A stretch of 48,995 bases of DNA from Octopus bimaculoides (lineage: Eukaryota), in the NCBI RefSeq assembly GCF_001194135.2, contig NC_069002.1:30541920-30590914 (forward strand). Direction: 5' to 3'. The notes below the pieces were generated by a model. The model worked only from the letters and a program-made list of their open reading frames with translations. It was not told where the DNA came from and did no database searches. The position numbers were made by a program, and so were the translations under genes. Below, one piece after another: positions 46,439-48,995 of the stretch (its first letter is position 1; every line of letters starts with the position of its first letter).

Positions 46439-47711
46439 TACAATTTGTTTTAACACACGAATTCTCATAAAGAATCTTGCAAACCAAATACAAAAACGAA
46501 ACAATTTACGTTATGTGTCTAAATTCGTGTCATTTGCTAACATGAGTTACTTCCCTTCATTCATTTCTTTTTTTCTTTTTGTTTTTATTTTTCTATTAAT
46601 TCTGAAAGACATGTTTTTGTTGTTGGAGAATCCCAAACCACCCCTCCTACCGTTGTCTTTACTTTTCTTCCACCCTGTAATATAATATAACTTCATAAAC
46701 ATAAGACTTCACCAAGAACAAAACAACAGGAAGATTATTGAGAATGTCACTGTATCGTTCTTTTAGAAACATGAAGACTTAAATCTGGTGGCCACATTGG
46801 TTTTGTCGTTGTTGTTGTTCTTATTATTATTACTATCATTGTTATCCCATTGTATTGCTATTGTATTGTTTTCTGAAAAGCCAAATGTGCTGTAGGAGGA
46901 CGGTGCCAGCCGGCTGAGCGCCGGTGGGGTGGATTAGTCAGTCAGTTCACCAATCCTGACTGACATTTAGACTGCATAAATTCCAGTATTGTTGATGTTG
47001 ATAAGCCTTCGAGACAAGTTTCAGCTCACAGCTGGTTATAGCCAAATATGTTTGTGTGTGTGTGTGTATATATGTATATATATATGTGTGTGTGTGCACA
47101 TACACACAAGCATAAATATATAGGTAGATAAAAGTCACACAAATAAAAGAAGTAAGATCATAAGGTAAGGAGGAGAAGTACATGAAGTTAGACAAGCAAA
47201 AGCTGTGGCTCAAAGAGTTTTGAAATGTGAAATGAAACGACAATAGAAAAATGTGTACAGTGGAAAGAAATATGGGACTGAAAGAAACAGAAGAGCTTTG
47301 GGTTATAATTTTTTATGAAAGAGAAGTTTAAGCAATAAGAGAGGCAAAAGAAAAAGAGAAATGATTTGGAATTTACTATACCAATTTATATGACAGGTAT
47401 GGTGTGTGTTTGTGTCTGCTTGTGTGTGTGTGTGGAGGTACATGACCTAGTAGTTAGAGCGTTGGATTCATGATCGCGAGATCAAGGGTTCGATTTCTGG
47501 ATAGGGTAGTGCATTGAGTTCTTGAGCAAGACACATCATCTCATGATGCTCTGATGTGTGGGAAACCATGCACCTGTACTGTTAGTGTTGATCTGTTGGA
47601 GGGACCGAGTTAATGTGCAGCGCAAGCATTTGATTACATTATAAATAACTCATCTAGAATCGTTTTTCTCAGATTTGAGAGACTATCATTATTGTATATA
47701 TATTTTATTGT

Positions 47712-47940
47712 TTTACTTGTTTCAGTCATTTGGCTGCGGCCATGCTGGAGCATCGCCTTTAGTCGAACAAATCGACCCCATGACTTATTCTTTGTAAGCC
47801 TAGTACTTATCTTATCGGTTTCTTTTGCCGAACTGCTAAGTTACAGGGACGTAAACACACCAACATTGGTTGCCAAGCGATGGTGTGTGTGTATGTGTGG
47901 GGGTAACAAACACAAACGCACAAATACATTATATATATAT
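47712..47940 (-). mobile_element. Family B SINE 3' half
   Basis: ttacttgtttcagtcatttggctgcggccatgctggagc...gacgtaaacacaccaacattggttgccaagcg. Confidence 0.85.
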
Positions 47941-48214
47941 ATATATATATNNNNNNNNNNNNNNNNNNNNNNNNNNNNNNNNNNNNNNNNNNNNNNNNNN
48001 NNNNNNNNNNNNNNNNNNNNNNNNNNNNNNNNNNNNNNNNNNNNNNNNNNNNNNNNNNNNNNNNNNNNNNNNNNNNNNNNNNNNNNNNNNNNNNNNNNNN
48101 NNNNNNNNNNNNNNNNNNNNNNNNNNNNNNNNNNNNNNNNNNNNNNNNNNNNNNNNNNNNNNNNNNNNNNNNNNNNNNNNNNNNNNNNNNNNNNNNNNNN
48201 NNNNNNATAATAAA

Positions 48215-48384
48215 TGAAGTTGTGGTGAAAGAGTACAGCAGGATTCGCCACCACCACCCTCCTACCAGAGCTTCATGGTGCTTTAAGCGTTTTCGCTCAA
48301 TAAACACTCACAACGCCCGGTCTGGGAATCGAAACTGCGATCCTACGATCACGAGTCCGCTGCCCTAACCACTGGGCCATTGCA

Positions 48385-48386
<2 letters not shown>
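48215..48386 (-). mobile_element. Family C SINE
   Basis: Reverse complement of the 11151-11335 type. Confidence 0.88.
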
Positions 48387-48418
<32 letters not shown>

Positions 48419-48675
48419 GCTCACAGCAACTAGGGTTCCTATGAATACGAATAAAAATCCACGTTGAGTGAATGGAACTGGTAAAATCAAGTTTTCAGAT
48501 TACATCTATGGAGTGTTAACTTAGGAATCCCAAATGACAACGTAACCTTCATATAATTGAGGTATCTTCGACCTGATGAGTAGCTAGTGGAGTACCCCTC
48601 GTTGAGTAATTATTACATCAGAGGATCAGCTAGCTAGGAAACCCATGTAGCCTGGATTTTACCTGTACCACATCA

Positions 48676-48819
48676 TATAAACTGGAGGTTTTGAAACAGT
48701 TGTCCATAGATATTCTCTTTTCCTCTGATTTTCAAAGAGCTATTTTTATCTGCTTTGCAGCTGACCTCTATGACGGTACATACCTTTGCCCCTCTGTCCC
48801 AAACAACAATATCCGGCCT
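48676..48819 (-). mobile_element. RLE-domain fragment of a non-LTR retrotransposon
   Basis: RPDIVVWDRGAKVCTVIEVSCKADKNSSLKIRGKENIYGQLFQNLQ fits the PD..(D/E)V.C..D.N...K..K...Y..L RLE motif. Confidence 0.75.
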
Positions 48820-48995
48820 GTCTATCCAGGGCTTAACAATTATTTCCAGGGCCTCAATGTAGGCGGCAGAGTTAACTCTAAGGCCTTCTGGAAAGAAGTA
48901 AGGAGGCACCACGTCCTTCATTGCTGAAAACTCCTAAAACCCTGACAGTCGCAGGAAATTTTGTATGCATAACACTTGGAACTTCAGAGGGGTCT
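48820..48995 (-). mobile_element. Tc1/mariner-superfamily (maT/DD37D-like) transposase relic, truncated by the window end
   Basis: DPSEVPSVMHTKFPATVRVLGVFSNEG/VVPPYFFPEGLRVNSAAYIEALEIIVKPWID with one frameshift; matches the MHTKFPA.VMVLGV.S.EG.VMPPHFF..GL.VN...Y...L...VKPW pattern. Confidence 0.8.

Larger units (their letters stand above)
680..48206. other. 15 assembly gaps (N runs)
   Basis: N at 680-1485, 6414-6736, 8687-8729, 9997-10463, 10983-10992, 13432-13990, 14828-15631, 18940-19046, 21727-21907, 24522-25041, 27191-27617, 32684-32813, 41330-41504, 45225-45234, 47951-48206; most abut microsatellites or SINEs. Confidence 1.

Overview
Eukaryotic, AT-rich, repeat-saturated scaffold with 15 N-gaps. 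It is most likely an octopus genome, inferred from the dense tRNA-headed SINE families and microsatellite load. Almost every ORF in the supplied track is a microsatellite, gap or SINE artefact. The one supportable host gene is a + strand chain of phase-0 exons missed by the ORF track (28341-28469, 35441-35488, 37726-37797, probably 39897-39989). It encodes an unidentified coiled-coil protein, and its 5' exon was not found. The rest is mobile DNA: at least 5 SINE families, fragments of RTE, R4/Dong-like, HERO-like and another RLE non-LTR retrotransposon, a maT/mariner transposase relic, and hAT, Merlin-like, piggyBac-like and Helitron-like non-autonomous elements. The most notable find is at 8551-9003: a tRNA-headed SINE whose body carries a minimal type I hammerhead ribozyme with a palindromic helix III. 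An inverted second copy of the body is attached at its 5' end, an arrangement typical of Penelope-like elements. Other signals: apparent CpG erosion of repeats inside the gene body, three serial SINE insertions at one 16-bp target, a 359-bp fold-back element, and an in-frame mariner/RLE chimera. All translations and alignments were done by eye. SINE boundaries are approximate, and family labels A-D are mine, not database names.
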